Below are positions 27,066 through 42,146 of a stretch of DNA of 64,000 nt, in pieces; position 1 is the first letter of the stretch, and the number at the start of each line of letters is the position of its first letter. Where the stretch lies: assembly GCA_964016885.1 (NCBI GenBank), contig OZ024743.1, positions 354,206,001 through 354,270,000 on the forward strand. The letters run 5' to 3'. Source of the stretch: Eledone cirrhosa. Its lineage: Eukaryota. The notes beneath the pieces are model-generated. The model was not told the origin of the DNA. It made no database searches and was given only the letters and a program-made list of their open reading frames with translations. Made by a program: the position numbers and the translations under genes.

Positions 27066-27066
<1 letters not shown>
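26036..27066 (+). mobile_element. Naiad-type PLE 3' fragment with a decayed terminal HHR
   Basis: ORF tail 'YNLTWSLL...CNLCSEE...LLNKKDELVTACKHR'. At 26970-27063 are stem II arms ACGGCTATTT/AAATAGCCGT followed by the same 3'-half sequence as the hairpins at 33 kb and 52 kb. Confidence 0.7.
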
Positions 27067-27097
<31 letters not shown>

Positions 27098-27171
27098 GTA
27101 CATATATATGTACATATATATATATTATGGAATACTGATGGCTTCCTGCTACAATAATTTCAAAACTTTTC

Positions 27172-27225
<54 letters not shown>

Positions 27226-27375
27226 ATATATATATATACGTACACACTTAAACAGTCTATGATGACATATACAATTTGACCGTGAGGTTATATCTGCACG
27301 TGAGTCTTACGGTCACTTAATACTTGTATAACACATAAATTGATGAGATTTTATCTGTATTTCAATAAATAAACA

Positions 27376-27412
<37 letters not shown>

Positions 27413-27465
27413 CATATATATTATTATATATGCATATATATAATTATATGCTTACACATTCAGAT

Positions 27466-27509
<44 letters not shown>

Positions 27510-27929
27510 CATATATATGATTATATGCATATATATAATTATATGCTCACACATTCAGATATGTATATATATATAAAATATATACATATACACACATATA
27601 CATATATGTATATGTATATATACATATCAGTATATAAATGCATACACACACGCACACATACATATATATAATACACACATAATATATATATATATATATA
27701 TATATTTGTCAAGAGCCATAACATATGGCTTTTATTGTTTTGACAATCTAATGGCAAAATGAAATTTGAAATATTGGTATATTATTACGTAAATTCTTCC
27801 CATATATTCTGTCACCTGCACGTCCCCTACCACTCTTCACAGCGTCCATCACTCCCACTGTCACCTCCACTTGCATATTCACCCCATCTCCCCTATGACG
27901 TGAACCTCGAACTCCACAAACACTTCTGC

Positions 27930-28180
27930 CGCCACCATCAACAATCCTCCTACCATTACTACTATCACTGACATGAACCATGCACCTATCTCCACCACCA
28001 GCACCAGCACCACCAGCACCACCAGCACCACCAGCACCAGCACCACCAGCACCACCGCCAGCAGCACCACCACCATCGTCGCCGCAGTCACCACCACCGC
28101 CGCCGCCACGGCCGCCACGGCATACAATAAAAGCAACAATAACAAGAACAACAACAACAACAACAACAACAACAGCACAT
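27930..28180. repeat. (CAC/CAG)n and (AAC)n trinucleotide tracts
   Basis: Seen directly. Confidence 0.9.
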
Positions 28181-28450
28181 CATTTCATCAACACTACTAA
28201 AAATTGCGACAGTAACAACAGGAAACAAAACATTTTCAACCATCGAGAGGATGTGCATGGTGATGAGGATGAGACAGTAGAGGCGAAGGATGAGGAGATG
28301 TATTAAGAAGGTAAGCAGGAGGAGAAGGGGTAGGTGATAAAGAGGAGGTGGTAGCAATGATGAGGGGTGTGGGAGTTATGATTCTGAAATTAATTAAACT
28401 GATGGAATCCATTACTCATCAGTAAAAACAATTTAAAACTTGTTCGGGTT

Positions 28451-28528
<78 letters not shown>

Positions 28529-28553
28529 TACACACACACATACATATATATAT

Positions 28554-28600
<47 letters not shown>

Positions 28601-28638
28601 ATAATATAAATATAATATATATATAATGTCTCTGCCTA

Positions 28639-28727
<89 letters not shown>

Positions 28728-28782
28728 ATATGTATACACAGTCACACATACACACATATGTATATATGTGTATATATGTATG

Positions 28783-28824
<42 letters not shown>

Positions 28825-29157
28825 GTATATGTATGTGTATGTGTTTTCGTGATGTATAGATTGTTAGATTGTTCATTCATCACCTTGATATGTAAGTATG
28901 TGTGCGCGTGCATTAATTTTCGTCTGTTTTACCCATTGATTGAACCATGTAAAATCAGATAGTCGAAGAGTAGTGGTTGGCGACTTTGGCACCATGAATT
29001 AATGGCTGCAGCATCACCTGGCAAACGTTGACACTAAACACATCATTACATCTATTATAGCTAGTTAGATTGAACTGTTGTGTATGATTCCATTGCTTTT
29101 GGTAATTGTCACCTGTGTTGGTTTTATTGCTGTTGTTCATCACATCGAAGACGTCGA

Positions 29158-30065
<908 letters not shown>

Positions 30066-30201
30066 TAGTATTTACTTATTTCTATAATATGAATAACAGC
30101 AACAACAACAGCAGCAACTACACCACCACCAATAATAATTTTACCTCCAATCACCTGCATTGCTATTGAGTGTTGCTGCTGTTGTTATTAAGAACGGCAG
30201 C

Positions 30202-30280
<79 letters not shown>

Positions 30281-30529
30281 AAGAAAATGCATCAAAAAGC
30301 ATTTGAACAACATTAATAAGAAGAACAAGAAAAGAGCAATGAGCGATACAGATATTACAATTGCTACATGACCTTATCTCCACGTATCGACGTCTCTTCG
30401 CCATAAATGCATTTATGTATTAAATTAATTGTCTCAATTCCACTTTTTCCGTCATTACAGATGTCGACGGCGTCATTGGGGGGAATGATGTCGCCATTAT
30501 GGTCGTAGCTGTTATCACTATCAGTATCA

Positions 30530-31010
<481 letters not shown>

Positions 31011-31124
31011 AACAATATCACCAATGAACCAATGAGGGTTTTTCTACGTAGTCACTTGTTCTTATAGAAATTGCAGCTAAATTTGCATAAATCTCACCTC
31101 CTGAAGAAATGCACATTAAATAAT

Positions 31125-32152
31125 TCTTTCTACTTTAGGCACAAGACCAGCAATGGCCCAGTACATTACTGGTACTTTATTTTATCGACCCCGTAAGGAT
31201 AAAAGGCAAAGTAAACCTCGGCGGGATTTGAACTCAGATCGTAAAGGGATGTAACTATGCTGGAAAGCATGGCGTCCGACCATCCACCGATACTGCGTAT
31301 ACTGTCGCTAACCATGGGCTAAACACTTGCACCAGAAATACCATTATCATTATCACGATGCTCTTCCTGTTCATCATTATGATCTTTCAAATCCCGCCAA
31401 GGTTAACTTTGCCTGTCATCCTTACGGGGTCGATAAAATAAAGTACCAGTAATACACTGGCATAATTGCTGGCCTTGTGCCAAATGTAGAAACAATTATG
31501 ATCTTCATGATCGGCTCTTTATGGTCTGAGTTCAAATCCCGCCGAGGTTAACTTTGCCTTTCACCCTTACGGGGTCGATAAAATAAAGTACCAGTAATGT
31601 ACTGGTTAATTGCTGGCCTTGTGCCAAAAGTATAAAATTATCATCATCAATGCCATCACCATCATGGTAGCCGTCAACATTATTCACCACACGCGTCATC
31701 CTCTAGAAATAGTAGCCAATCTCTTTCACTTAACGTTTTGCTATAAAACGAGAAAACACATTCGATAATACCGCTATACAAATGTACACACAACAATTCA
31801 TAGATTATCTCCTTTTTTAAAAAATAACAGTGATTATTTTATGCTTTACGCGGTCTGGACCGTTTAAAGCAGAATGGATGTTATTATCTCTTGTATTGTG
31901 CTTTTTGATTTAATTTTTATTTTATTCTCTACGCTAGGTCGGTGGATTGGCAGTATCGGTAGAGGGTCGGACGCCATGCTTTGCAGCATAGAGTTACGGC
32001 TCTTTATGATCTGAGTTCAAATCCCGCCGGGGTTAACTTCGCCTTTCATTCTTACGGGTTCGATAAAATAAAGTACCAGTAATGTACTGTGGTCGATTTA
32101 ATCGACTTTCCCCTCCCTCAAAATTACTGGCCTTGTGCCTATATAAGAAACC
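31125..32152. mobile_element. Cluster of four SINE copies: 31125-31296(-), 31385-31498(+, partial), 31513-31640(+, partial), 31938-32152(+)
   Basis: Each contains the central TCA(T/C)(C/T)CTTACGGG(G/T)TCGATAAAATAAAGTACCAG domain or its reverse complement. Confidence 0.85.
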
Positions 32153-32491
32153 ATTTTATTCTCTACTATAAGGGACATTTTTAGCTTTAGCTTTATTATT
32201 CATGATGAGGTGATGAAAGAAAGTAAATAATTAATCGGAATTATCGATTATTCATTGCTTCTCCTCAAAACTGAATCGTGCGCAGGATAGAAAATAGCTC
32301 TTTTAGATCCTTAAAAGCGTTTGGTTTTCCTGTATCTATATATTAATGCTCTGAGATACTAGTTATTTTTCCAAATTTTCTGATCTTATCTCCTGGACCT
32401 TACCTTGGATTTATTTGATCTGCATGATTAATAATCATAACAACACATTGAGCTTCTCATTATCTTTAGTCAAAACTAAGTGGATATCTAT

Positions 32492-32621
<130 letters not shown>

Positions 32622-32839
32622 CGAAGAGATTGTTTTGGTAAAAACATGAGCAAGCAGGAGAAAGCTCTCAACATTCGTAGTTTGTAGTTACGATGGAGAT
32701 TCAGTATAAAAATAACAATAATAAAGATGTTGTATGTAACATCGGCATCTTTATTAACGTGAAACAATATTAACATTTTGTACTGCCTCTTTGCTTCCTC
32801 GTTGTTGTTTTTTTGTTTTTTATTTCGTTTTCTGTATCA

Positions 32840-33169
<330 letters not shown>

Positions 33170-33221
33170 TGATACAGAAAACGAAAAAGAAAACAAAAAA
33201 CAACAACGAGGAAGCAAAGAG

Positions 33222-35817
33222 TTCTATTTAAAATAAATGCTTCTTTTCCCCACCTTTCAGGTGGTTTATATCGTGATGACTGTCTTCTTCTTTCCACTAG
33301 CCTTAGCCTATCAGAAATTGAAAAAAATAAAAAACTTAGAACTTTCCTCAAAGACTATTATAGTCTCACTATTACATTTGAAAACACCAGTAAAGTAGTT
33401 AATTTCCTTGATATAATAACTTTAGACTTATCTACGGGTATCTACCAACCTTACCATAAACCTAACCAAAACTTACATTACATACACTCACAATCCAATC
33501 ACCCTAGATCTATCCTTAAAAACCTAGCATATAATATCTCACTCAGAATTTCTAACCTTTCATCTAACCAGGATGTATTCGATGAAAATACGACCTTTTA
33601 TAACGAAGCTTTAGCTAGAAGCGGCCACAAAAACAAATTAGTATATATACCCTGTACCAATAATACTTCAAACATAAAAACCTAATATTACCAACAAACA
33701 CCAAATGAAAAACACACACCTAAATGCCACTCACACTACCCCAAAATACCAACTTAAAACTGAATTCCTCTACCTCTTCGCACATAAAATATAACATTCA
33801 AAAAACCATTCATCCTAATACTCCAATATATGTTAATAACATTACTAACAAAATTCCTAATAATCAGACTAAAACACCTAAATCAGTTAATCTAACTAAC
33901 CCTATATATAATAAATTCACTAATACTAACTCTCTTAGTAATCATCCTGATACATCGTTTAAATATAAAAAAACAACATCGAAACCGTAATAGACGAGTT
34001 ACCTGGTATAATGCTCCATTTCACCTACACATTAAAGATAACACCCCTAAAAAAGTTTTTACTATCCTACAGAAAAATTTCCAGCCAAAACCATAAATAC
34101 CATCACATTTTAAATAGAACAACTGTCAAATTTTCCTACTCCACTACCAAAAATATACAACAAAATATAAGTGCCTACAATGCATATAAATGTAAAAAAA
34201 AACATGAAAATACCACCAATACATCAAACTAACCATAATACTAAAATAAACCGCAACAAACCACCATCTCTTTCACATATAACAAGTTGAGTAAATTCCA
34301 CACCAAATTTGACTAACTCCCCTGATATAATATTCACGAATGGTTGTAACTGTAGAAACAAAGGAAATTGCCCATTAAAAGGAAATTGTCTTATTAATAA
34401 CATAGTATATAAATGTAAAATTAGCACTAAGGACACAACTTATTCATATATAGGAGCTACTTCTAACCAATTTAAAGTAAGATTTAATACCCACAAACAT
34501 AGTTTTAAAAATGCCGCATTAGCTAATACAAAATCCTTGGCTGAAATAATTAATAATTATTGAAAAATGAATATCGATTATAACCTGACCTGGAGTGTGC
34601 TCAAAAGGCCACCCCTTATCAAAATAACAGATATGAGTGTAGATTATGTTCCCAGGAACTTTTTGAAATAATGAAATTATAAGGATATCCTATTAAATAA
34701 GCGACAAGAATTAATTATATCGTGCAATCATAGTATTAGAAGAACTTTCAAATATTATAAACCTAATTAATATACACCTTACATTTATATTTTACAAATT
34801 ATTATAATTAGTTTTTTTAATTTAGTTAACCTATAATTAGTATTTTACTACTGAGAACTTCATAATTTTATTTCCCTTTTACAGTTCTCTTTTCCTAAAA
34901 TTAATACCTATAAGTATACATATAAACTATTTTAATTTCCTGTTATGAATCTAAATTCCTTGTAGTCTATATAAGTTTGTTATTTTTCACTAATACATTT
35001 ATCCCAACATTTTTTTTTATTCGTCTTTAACAACATTCTTTAATAACATCTAACTCTTATTTATCACATCTATATGAATTAATATAAATTTATCCCTATA
35101 AGTATACCTATCAATTAAATTAATTTAATTTCTTGTTATAGATCTAAATTCCTTGTATTTTAAATAAGATTGGTATTTCTCACTAACACATTTACCCTTA
35201 AATTTTATTCTCCTTCGATTTTAACATTAGCATTACTCTTTAATAACATAACATTTTGGTGCACCTTTCACCAGCTTGACCTCTTTTCATCCCCAAAGTA
35301 ATCTATTCATTCAAAATATTCTTTCCATTCAAAACTTAAGTCTGCATTCCTCTACCCCTAAATTAAATTTCTACTACTACTATTCTATCAACTTGACCAC
35401 TTACTACTTTTCTATTGGTCAATTCAAAACCTGTTCCCAAACAGACCTATTATATTAAATCTTTGCTGGTTTTTTTCAATAAACAAATATCATTATTTCT
35501 GAAGACAGCATATATATGTGTAGGTATGTATATTTCCTCTGATAGTTTGTAAAATTTTTACATAGATCTATATGATATACATACCAACACACACATATAT
35601 ATCCTAGAAACGATCGTAAAATGAGGAATTTTTTTAATATAAGGAACTGTTTCTTTGTTTTTATTAATTGTTTTTATTAATTTATCTTGACTCTGTTTTC
35701 CTGTGATTTTCATCGAAAAAATGTTTGAATACATCTTCTCTTTTCATGATATTTGGATTACATTGAGTTCTTCATACGGATTGGACACTACCGTATATTT
35801 TGGTGGATTCGTCAACA
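33222..35817 (+). mobile_element. Naiad-type PLE, 5'-truncated and decayed (RT end, GIY-YIG, 3' UTR with HHR)
   Basis: YRDD at ~33268; 'VVNFLDI' and 'YIHTQSNHP' follow. ORF 34309-34563 reads 'CNCRNKGNCPLKGNCLINNIVYKC...YIGAT..FKVRFNTH'. Ends at (TA)n. Confidence 0.8.
35493..35624 (+). ncRNA. Type I hammerhead motif with ~100-nt stem II and C.A at its base
   Basis: TTATTT-CTGAAGA-C-AGCATATATATGTGT..GGTATGTATAT / ATATACATACC..ACACATATATATCCT-A-GAAA-CGATCG-TA-AAATGA. Palindromic stem III ACGATCGT; triplet GTA. Confidence 0.7.
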
Positions 35818-35834
35818 TATATATATATATAATT

Positions 35835-36812
35835 TTTTTCTTCTAACTTTGATTTTATACCTAATTGTGTATGGTTAACGATATATTTAACCGATTTCCA
35901 CGTGTTATTAGAAATGCTGGGTAAATATTCTATAGCTGTTGATCGCGGATAAATAGCTGTCGTTTATTTATCTATTATTTCTTCATAGGTGCCTTTTAAT
36001 CTTATAGCCTTGTTTAATTGTTTTTTTTGTGTGGTTGATTATGCTGATTGGGAGAGGAAATAATGTATATATTTTATCAAATGATTCTATGGACATATTT
36101 TATTGTATATTGCTCTGATTGTTGTTTATTTAATTAATTAATTCGTCATTGAGCAACATCGTGAATGGTTGCCAAAAAACACACACATATATATATATCT
36201 ATGACTTTGTCTAGTTTATGTATATGTAAATCTTTATATTTGATAATCTCCCATATGGTTGAGATACAATTTAGGCAGTATTAGGCTGCGCTTTCTAGCA
36301 ACCAGCCCACCCGCCGTAAGGCACCAATCACATTCTTTCTGACTTGACCACTGCCACGTCACAGTACTTAGCCATTTGAATTCGTTTCTGGCGGGGATGA
36401 TTTAAGAAAAATCTTCGTCCAATTAAGTTTGTTTCCTGATGATTTCGAAACTCGTGAATTTATCCTTGATCGGATATTTCCAAAAAGCGAATGAAACCCC
36501 AAGGGGTAGAAACTGTTTTGGTATGCTTATATACATTCTTTCTTCTAACTTTGATTTTATACCTAATTGTGTATGGTTAACGATATATTTAATCGATTTC
36601 CACGTGCTATTAGAAATGGTGGGTAAATATTCTATAGCTGTTGATCGCGGATAGATAGCTGTCGTTTATTTATCTATTATTTCTTCATAGGTGCCGTTTA
36701 ATCTTATAGCCTTGCTTAATTGGTTTTTTGAGTGGTTGATTAGGCTGATTGGGAGAGGAAATAATGTATATATTTTATCAAATAATTCTATGGACATACT
36801 TTATTGTATATC
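35835..36812 (+). mobile_element. Non-coding HHR cassette: 702-bp unit plus ~270-bp partial repeat, between (TA)n tracts
   Basis: 35838-36110 is repeated at 36540-36811. A single HHR lies just upstream of the second repeat. Confidence 0.75.
36431..36513 (+). ncRNA. Type I hammerhead motif with U.U at the base of stem II
   Basis: GTTTC-CTGATGA-T-TTCG...CGAA-T-GAAA-CCCC-AA-GGGG-TA-GAAAC. Confidence 0.75.
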
Positions 36813-36867
<55 letters not shown>

Positions 36868-36936
36868 AAAAAGGGATGAAATCGAAAATGCAACTGAAGT
36901 CTTATTTTTTTAAAAAATATATATATTTATTTGGTA

Positions 36937-36974
36937 CCTTTACCGGTTTCGCAGTTCTTCTGCTTTTCAAAAGG
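36937..36974 (-). ncRNA. Minimal type I hammerhead (U3-A8 variant) in the 3' pLTR
   Basis: Minus strand: CCTT-TTGAAAA-GCAG-AAGAA-CTGC-GAAA-CCGG-TA-AAGG. Confidence 0.8.
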
Positions 36975-37488
36975 TGAGTTGAGATGGAGGGTCTGTGGTT
37001 TTTCTCACATCTGGTTGGTCTCTAAATGTTACTTGTTTTATATGGAAAAAGTGGCTCGAAAACCAGGTTTTTCGAGAAGTAATTTGATTGGTTTGTCAAT
37101 AATTATAATAAATTTCGCGCCAGTTCGCGTTACAATAGTTCTTCAAATAAGAGAGGGGGGGGGGTTGTCACAGGTTGTTTTTTCATATATGAGTGTTTGA
37201 ATTTCTTTTTACTTGAAAAAATGAGGCTCACGAAGGCTTTTTTTTGGTTGGTTATAAATGAAATTTGGCTGTCACGTGAACAAGTTTTCATTACATTTTT
37301 GCGCCCTTATTTGGAAAACTATTCTGTAGTCTTTATAGTGAATGTTATGACAATGGAGAGATAGTGGTCAAGGGAAAAGGGATTGGGAGAAATGTTCTGG
37401 TTCAGTGAATATTTCCCAGCTGTCAGAGTTCAGGTGTCAGAGTTCAGATTTTCTATTGAGACTGAAGATATGTGTTTATTTGTGTGCT

Positions 37489-37521
<33 letters not shown>

Positions 37522-37991
37522 ATGTGTGTATTGGAAGAGGATTCTATTAGTAGAGATGGGGGAGGGAGTTGTGTGTTATGTGTGTGTGTGCGAGTATGTT
37601 AGATAGAGAGAATATATATTTTGTGTGTGTGTATATATATATGTGTGTAGGAAAGTGGTTCTATTAGTAGAAATGGGGAGGGTGTTGTAGGTGTGGGGGT
37701 TGTTATGTGTGTGTATGGGTGTTATGTGTGTGGGAGTATGGTTAGCATGTTAAGATGAAGAGAATATATATATATATATATATATTGTGTGTGTGTGTAT
37801 GTGTGTGTGTAGGAAAATGATTCCTTTAGTAGGAATATTTTTGAATGAACATATTTTCCTGACTTTTTCGTGTTTGCTATTGTATTGCCAGTGCAAACGT
37901 ATGTTTAAGGTTTATTTAGTTCGGGTTTTTATTTTCTAAAGTAGAAGGTGTTATGTGTGTATGTCATATTGTGGTGTTGACATAATGTATA

Positions 37992-40274
37992 TTAAACCTT
38001 ATTTAATGTTGGTCTATATTTTTGAATAAACATATTTTCCTTATTTATTCGCATTTGTTCTGTTGTATTGTTAGCGCAAAGGTAAAATGGGAAGACTTGG
38101 AATTTGGGTGTCTTATTACTTGCGCAAATGTCTAGATGTGCACTTAGTGGTATCTGTCTCGTGGTTGGATCTCGTAATTGTTGGCGATGAACTGTCATTC
38201 TGTTTCTGAGTGTGAGTTTAGTTTGTCCTATATAATCTTCATTGCATCCTTTACATTTAATGGCATAAATTTGATTTTTTGATGAGCAAGTGAAGTGATT
38301 TTTTACAGTAAAATTTTGTCCTGATTTAAATGTATACGTGTTGCCTTCAATGAGGTGAGTGCAGGTTCCACAATTAGAGCGACCACATTTTTTGATACTT
38401 GGTTGTGGGTTTGTGGTAGGTAATTTGGCATTGGTGAGTAATGTTTTCAGTGATTTTGGTTGTCTTTTGCTTTTGATTATTTTGTGTGTTTCAAGGGCTT
38501 TTTTCATTCTTGGGTTTTGTTTTAGTAGTGGGATGTTATTGTGAATAGTGTTGTAAGCTTCCGCATTTCTTGGGTTGTGTGTTGAGATATATGATAGAAT
38601 ATTGGACGTACCTTGAATTTGTTTCTGTTTCCGTAATTCATCAATGCCTATTGTTTTAGCCCTTTCTATTCCATTATTTATTAGTAATAGTGGGTACTCT
38701 CCCTCAAGTAGAATTTCCTTTAATTCTTGAAGTCTTTTATTTCGCGTTTCATAATTGGAGACAATTGTGCAAATTCTTCTTGCTAGGTTAAAAGGAATGT
38801 TCGTCTTCGTGTGCTTTGGATGGTTGGGGGTGAATAGCAGATATTGTTTGGAATCTGTTGGTTTGTAGTGTATGTCAGTTTCGATATTTGTGTCTTTTTT
38901 TGTGATTAAGATGTCCAGAAATGGGAGTTGATCTTGGCTGTATTCCATTGTGAATTGGATGTGGTTATTGATGCCGTTTATTAAGTTTTTGAAATCCTTC
39001 AGTTGGTCGAGTGTGTGGGACCAAAGAATGAGGCAATCATCCAAGTAGCGTTTCCAATTCTCTGATAAATATTTGTGGAAGTTCAATCCGTATTTTGATT
39101 TGGACTGTTCATATATCTGGACTTCTAAGTATGCCATGACTAAGTTGGCATAAGTTGGAGCGGCTTTTGTGCCCATCGCAGTCCCCGATATTTGCTTGTA
39201 AGTATTGCCATCGAAATCAAAAAAGTTGTTCTGTAGGATGAATTTTAATCCCTCGTTGATGAAGCTTTTTTCTATTCTGTCAGGTATCTCATTGGGATAT
39301 TTCTCTAGCCAGAATCCTATTGCTTCTAGTCCGTATTGGTGTGGGATCGTTGTGTAGAGATTCACTACATCGAAAGACACAATAATAGTGTCGTTGTTGA
39401 CATGTTTGGGGAGGTGGTTTAAGAGGTCCAGATCGTCTCTTACAAGGCTTGGTATGTGTTTCAGTATTGGTTTCAGTAGTATGTCTATAAAGTTGCTCAA
39501 TCTGTGTGTTTCACATTGTGGGCCCGCTACAATTGGTCTTAATTTAAGGTCTGTGGGGTATTGTGTGTTCACGCAGGCTGAGGTGGATTGTTTACAGGCA
39601 TCGTTGATTATTTTACATTTGTGGATCTTCGGAAGTCCGTAAAGGTTGCTGGTTTTGTATTCAAAATTTGTTAAATAACCGCGTTCCTTTTTAGTTAGGT
39701 CTTCCTGGTATCGATAAATCAGTGTGTTTAATTTGGTCATTATTTTTGATTGCTGGTAGTTTTTTACTCTTTCATAGTAATTAGCATTTTGTAAGAGAGA
39801 GAACAGAGAATTTTTATATTTTTCAGCCTCCATAATGACAACAGTACTTCCCTTGTCCGCTTCCTTAATTACAATGTCCGGATTGTTTTTTAATTCATGG
39901 ATAATCTCCCATTCCCTTCGACTTGTGTTGGGTTTGGGTTTAGGTTGCGGTAGTTCATGGTATGGGAAGGTAGCTATGTGGTCACAAAATTTGTCCAGAA
40001 CTCTGTTTCTACCTTTTGTTGGGTTGTAGCTGCTTTTATTCCGTACAATTGATTCGTCGTTATTCTCCTTGTCAAAGAATTCCTCTGTGAGACGTAATTT
40101 TCTACAGAAGTGTGAGATATCGTCATTTATCTCGTTGGGGTTAGGATATTGTGGTGTTGGTGTGAATTTCAGACCTTTGGAGAGAATTTTTACTTGTTGG
40201 GCTGAGAGGTTTGTATTTGAAATGTTAATTATTTTCGGTTTTTCAAAATCGGTTTGTGTTTCTGGAATGTTTTT
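37992..40274 (-). CDS. PLE reverse transcriptase plus GIY-YIG endonuclease (stop-to-stop frame of 760 codons; first ATG at 39833)
   Basis: My translation upstream of the listed ORF stays open through LSKGLKFTPTP and IKEADKGSTVVIM. Then YGLPKIHK, LRPIV, SFDVVNLYT, GTAMG, RYLDD, PFLD, the Neptune-like Cys motif CGRSNCGTC, and IYAIKC...YIGQT. Confidence 0.9.
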   Translation of the reverse strand, partial: KNIPETQTDFEKPKIINISNTNLSAQQVKILSKGLKFTPTPQYPNPNEINDDISHFCRKLRLTEEFFDKENNDESIVRNKSSYNPTKGRNRVLDKFCDHIATFPYHELPQPKPKPNTSRREWEIIHELKNNPDIVIKEADKGSTVVIMEAEKYKNSLFSLLQNANYYERVKNYQQSKIMTKLNTLIYRYQEDLTKKERGYLTNFEYKTSNLYGLPKIHKCKIINDACKQSTSACVNTQYPTDLKLRPIVAGPQCETHRLSNFIDILLKPILKHIPSLVRDDLDLLNHLPKHVNNDTIIVSFDVVNLYTTIPHQYGLEAIGFWLEKYPNEIPDRIEKSFINEGLKFILQNNFFDFDGNTYKQISGTAMGTKAAPTYANLVMAYLEVQIYEQSKSKYGLNFHKYLSENWKRYLDDCLILWSHTLDQLKDFKNLINGINNHIQFTMEYSQDQLPFLDILITKKDTNIETDIHYKPTDSKQYLLFTPNHPKHTKTNIPFNLARRICTIVSNYETRNKRLQELKEILLEGEYPLLLINNGIERAKTIGIDELRKQKQIQGTSNILSYISTHNPRNAEAYNTIHNNIPLLKQNPRMKKALETHKIIKSKRQPKSLKTLLTNAKLPTTNPQPSIKKCGRSNCGTCTHLIEGNTYTFKSGQNFTVKNHFTCSSKNQIYAIKCKGCNEDYIGQTKLTLRNRMTVHRQQLRDPTTRQIPLSAHLDICASNKTPKFQVFPFYLCANNTTEQMRINKENMFIQKYRPTLNKV

Positions 40275-41332
40275 TCATTGGTATTATTATATCTAATGGT
40301 ATTTCCCCTGTTGTTGTGTGGTCTTGTATAGAAGTTTCGGACGTATTGAGGTTCGGTTTGTTGATAGTCCGGGTTGTAGATTTGGTTCCTTTGTGTGGGT
40401 TGGGATCTATGGTTTTGGAACAGGCTCTGTGTGGGCAGGGGTCTACGGTTTGGGAATAGGTTTTGTGTGGGTTGTGATCTGCGGATCAGGTCCTGCCTTG
40501 TGTTCGGGGATCTTTGGTTTTTGTTAGTAGGGTTATAGTTTTGTCTATGGTTTCTGGGATTATCGTTATAGTTTTGCTGGGGGTATGTTGGACGTTTTGT
40601 TACTTTTTTTGTTATTTGTTGTGCATGTGGTGTGTGAGTTTTAGTTTGTTTTAAAAATGGGTTACCTGTATGTTGTTTATTTTTGAAGTCCATTTCGTAG
40701 TTGTTGAGCCAGGTGGCGTTTTTTTCCCATCGCTGGAGGGATGTGAGTTCTTCATCCTCACAGTTTTCTTTCCAAAGTTTTAGGTTTTTTTTGTAGAGTA
40801 GGCCTTCAGAGTGCTTTGAGATTTCTGTGTCCATCTGTTGGTCGAGTGACTTGAATTTTTCTTCGTTGGAGTTGGCTCTTAATCGCAACAGTTCTATTTC
40901 TGTTTTAAATTTTTCCAATGCCATCTTTTCCCTAAGTCTTTGTTGGTTTTCTGGTTCATTCGGGATGGGTTTTATTTGGAGTTTTTTGGGGAGGATGATT
41001 GGGGTAGAGTTTAGCCACTTTTCATATATGTCTGCCTTGCCATTATTTTTTAGGAGATTCCAAAGGGCGAATTTGCGGGCTGTGAGCTTTTGAGTCCATA
41101 TGTTGATTAGGGTGTTTTTCACTGAGTGGACATCTCGTAGATTGGGTTCTAACGGTTGTTCAAGCTTTTGGAGCATTGCTGTTTCAATGGTTTCGATTAG
41201 CTTAGTTAATACTGGAGTAATATTCGTCTCTTGGGTATTTTCTGTTTCTTCGTGGGGTTCTTTTTTATAGATGTGTATTTGGTCCACTTTGTTGGTCAAA
41301 ATTGAGAGTTTAGAGGAAATCTCTGAGTTCAT
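40229..41332 (-). CDS. Upstream 367-aa ORF of the PLE (coiled-coil-like region plus N/Q/R/P-rich tail), overlapping the RT frame
   Basis: Intact ATG-initiated ORF between the 5' pLTR and the RT frame; overlaps it by 46 nt. Confidence 0.7.
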   Translation of the reverse strand: MNSEISSKLSILTNKVDQIHIYKKEPHEETENTQETNITPVLTKLIETIETAMLQKLEQPLEPNLRDVHSVKNTLINIWTQKLTARKFALWNLLKNNGKADIYEKWLNSTPIILPKKLQIKPIPNEPENQQRLREKMALEKFKTEIELLRLRANSNEEKFKSLDQQMDTEISKHSEGLLYKKNLKLWKENCEDEELTSLQRWEKNATWLNNYEMDFKNKQHTGNPFLKQTKTHTPHAQQITKKVTKRPTYPQQNYNDNPRNHRQNYNPTNKNQRSPNTRQDLIRRSQPTQNLFPNRRPLPTQSLFQNHRSQPTQRNQIYNPDYQQTEPQYVRNFYTRPHNNRGNTIRYNNTNEKTFQKHKPILKNRK

Positions 41333-41556
41333 TTAAGATGTCCTGGTTCAGTGAGTTGTTGTTTTGTTGAGACTTTGGTGGCATTTTCGGTCTTCGTGTG
41401 GTGGGTATATATTAGAAAGTGAGGTTTTTTTTACAAAATGAAAAATAACCGAGGTGTCCTACACGAGTGGAAGTATAAAGAAAAAGGGATGAAATCGAAA
41501 ATGCAACTGAAGTCTTATTTTTTTTTTTTTTTTTAAATATATATATTTATTTGGTT

Positions 41557-41594
41557 CCTTTACCGGTTTCGCAGTTCTTCTGCTTTTCAAAAGG
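41557..41594 (-). ncRNA. Minimal type I hammerhead (U3-A8 variant) in the 5' pLTR
   Basis: Identical to 36937-36974. Confidence 0.8.
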
Positions 41595-42113
41595 TGAGTT
41601 GAGATGGAGGGTCTGTGGTTTTTCTCACATCTGGTTGGTCTCTAAATGTTACTTGTTTTATATGGAAAAAGTGGCTCGAAAACCAGGTTTTTCGAGAAGT
41701 AATTTGATTGGTTTGTCAATAATTATAATAAATTTCGCGCCAGTTCGCGTTACAATAGTTCTTCAAATAAGAGAGGGGGGGGGGGGGGGTTGTCACAGGT
41801 TGTTTTTTCATATATGAGTGTTTGAATTTCTTTTTACTTGAAAAAATGAGGCTCACGAAGGCTTTTTTTTGGTTGGTTATAAATGAAATTTGGCTGTCAC
41901 GTGAACAAGTTTTCATTACATTTTTGCGCCGTTATTTGGAAAACTATTCTGTAGTCTTTATAGTGAATGTTATGACAATGGAGAGATAGTGGTCAAGGGA
42001 AAAGGGATTGGGAGAAATGTTCTGGTTCAGTGAATATTTCCCAGCTGTCAGAGTTCAGGTGTCAGAGTTCAGATTTTCTATTGAGACTGAAGATATGTGT
42101 TTGTTTGTGTGCT

Positions 42114-42146
<33 letters not shown>

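Noticed and set aside
33222-34770. Selenocysteine recoding in the Naiad ORF
   Set aside because: Stops include TAA and TAG along with frameshifts, consistent with decay; no SECIS recognised.
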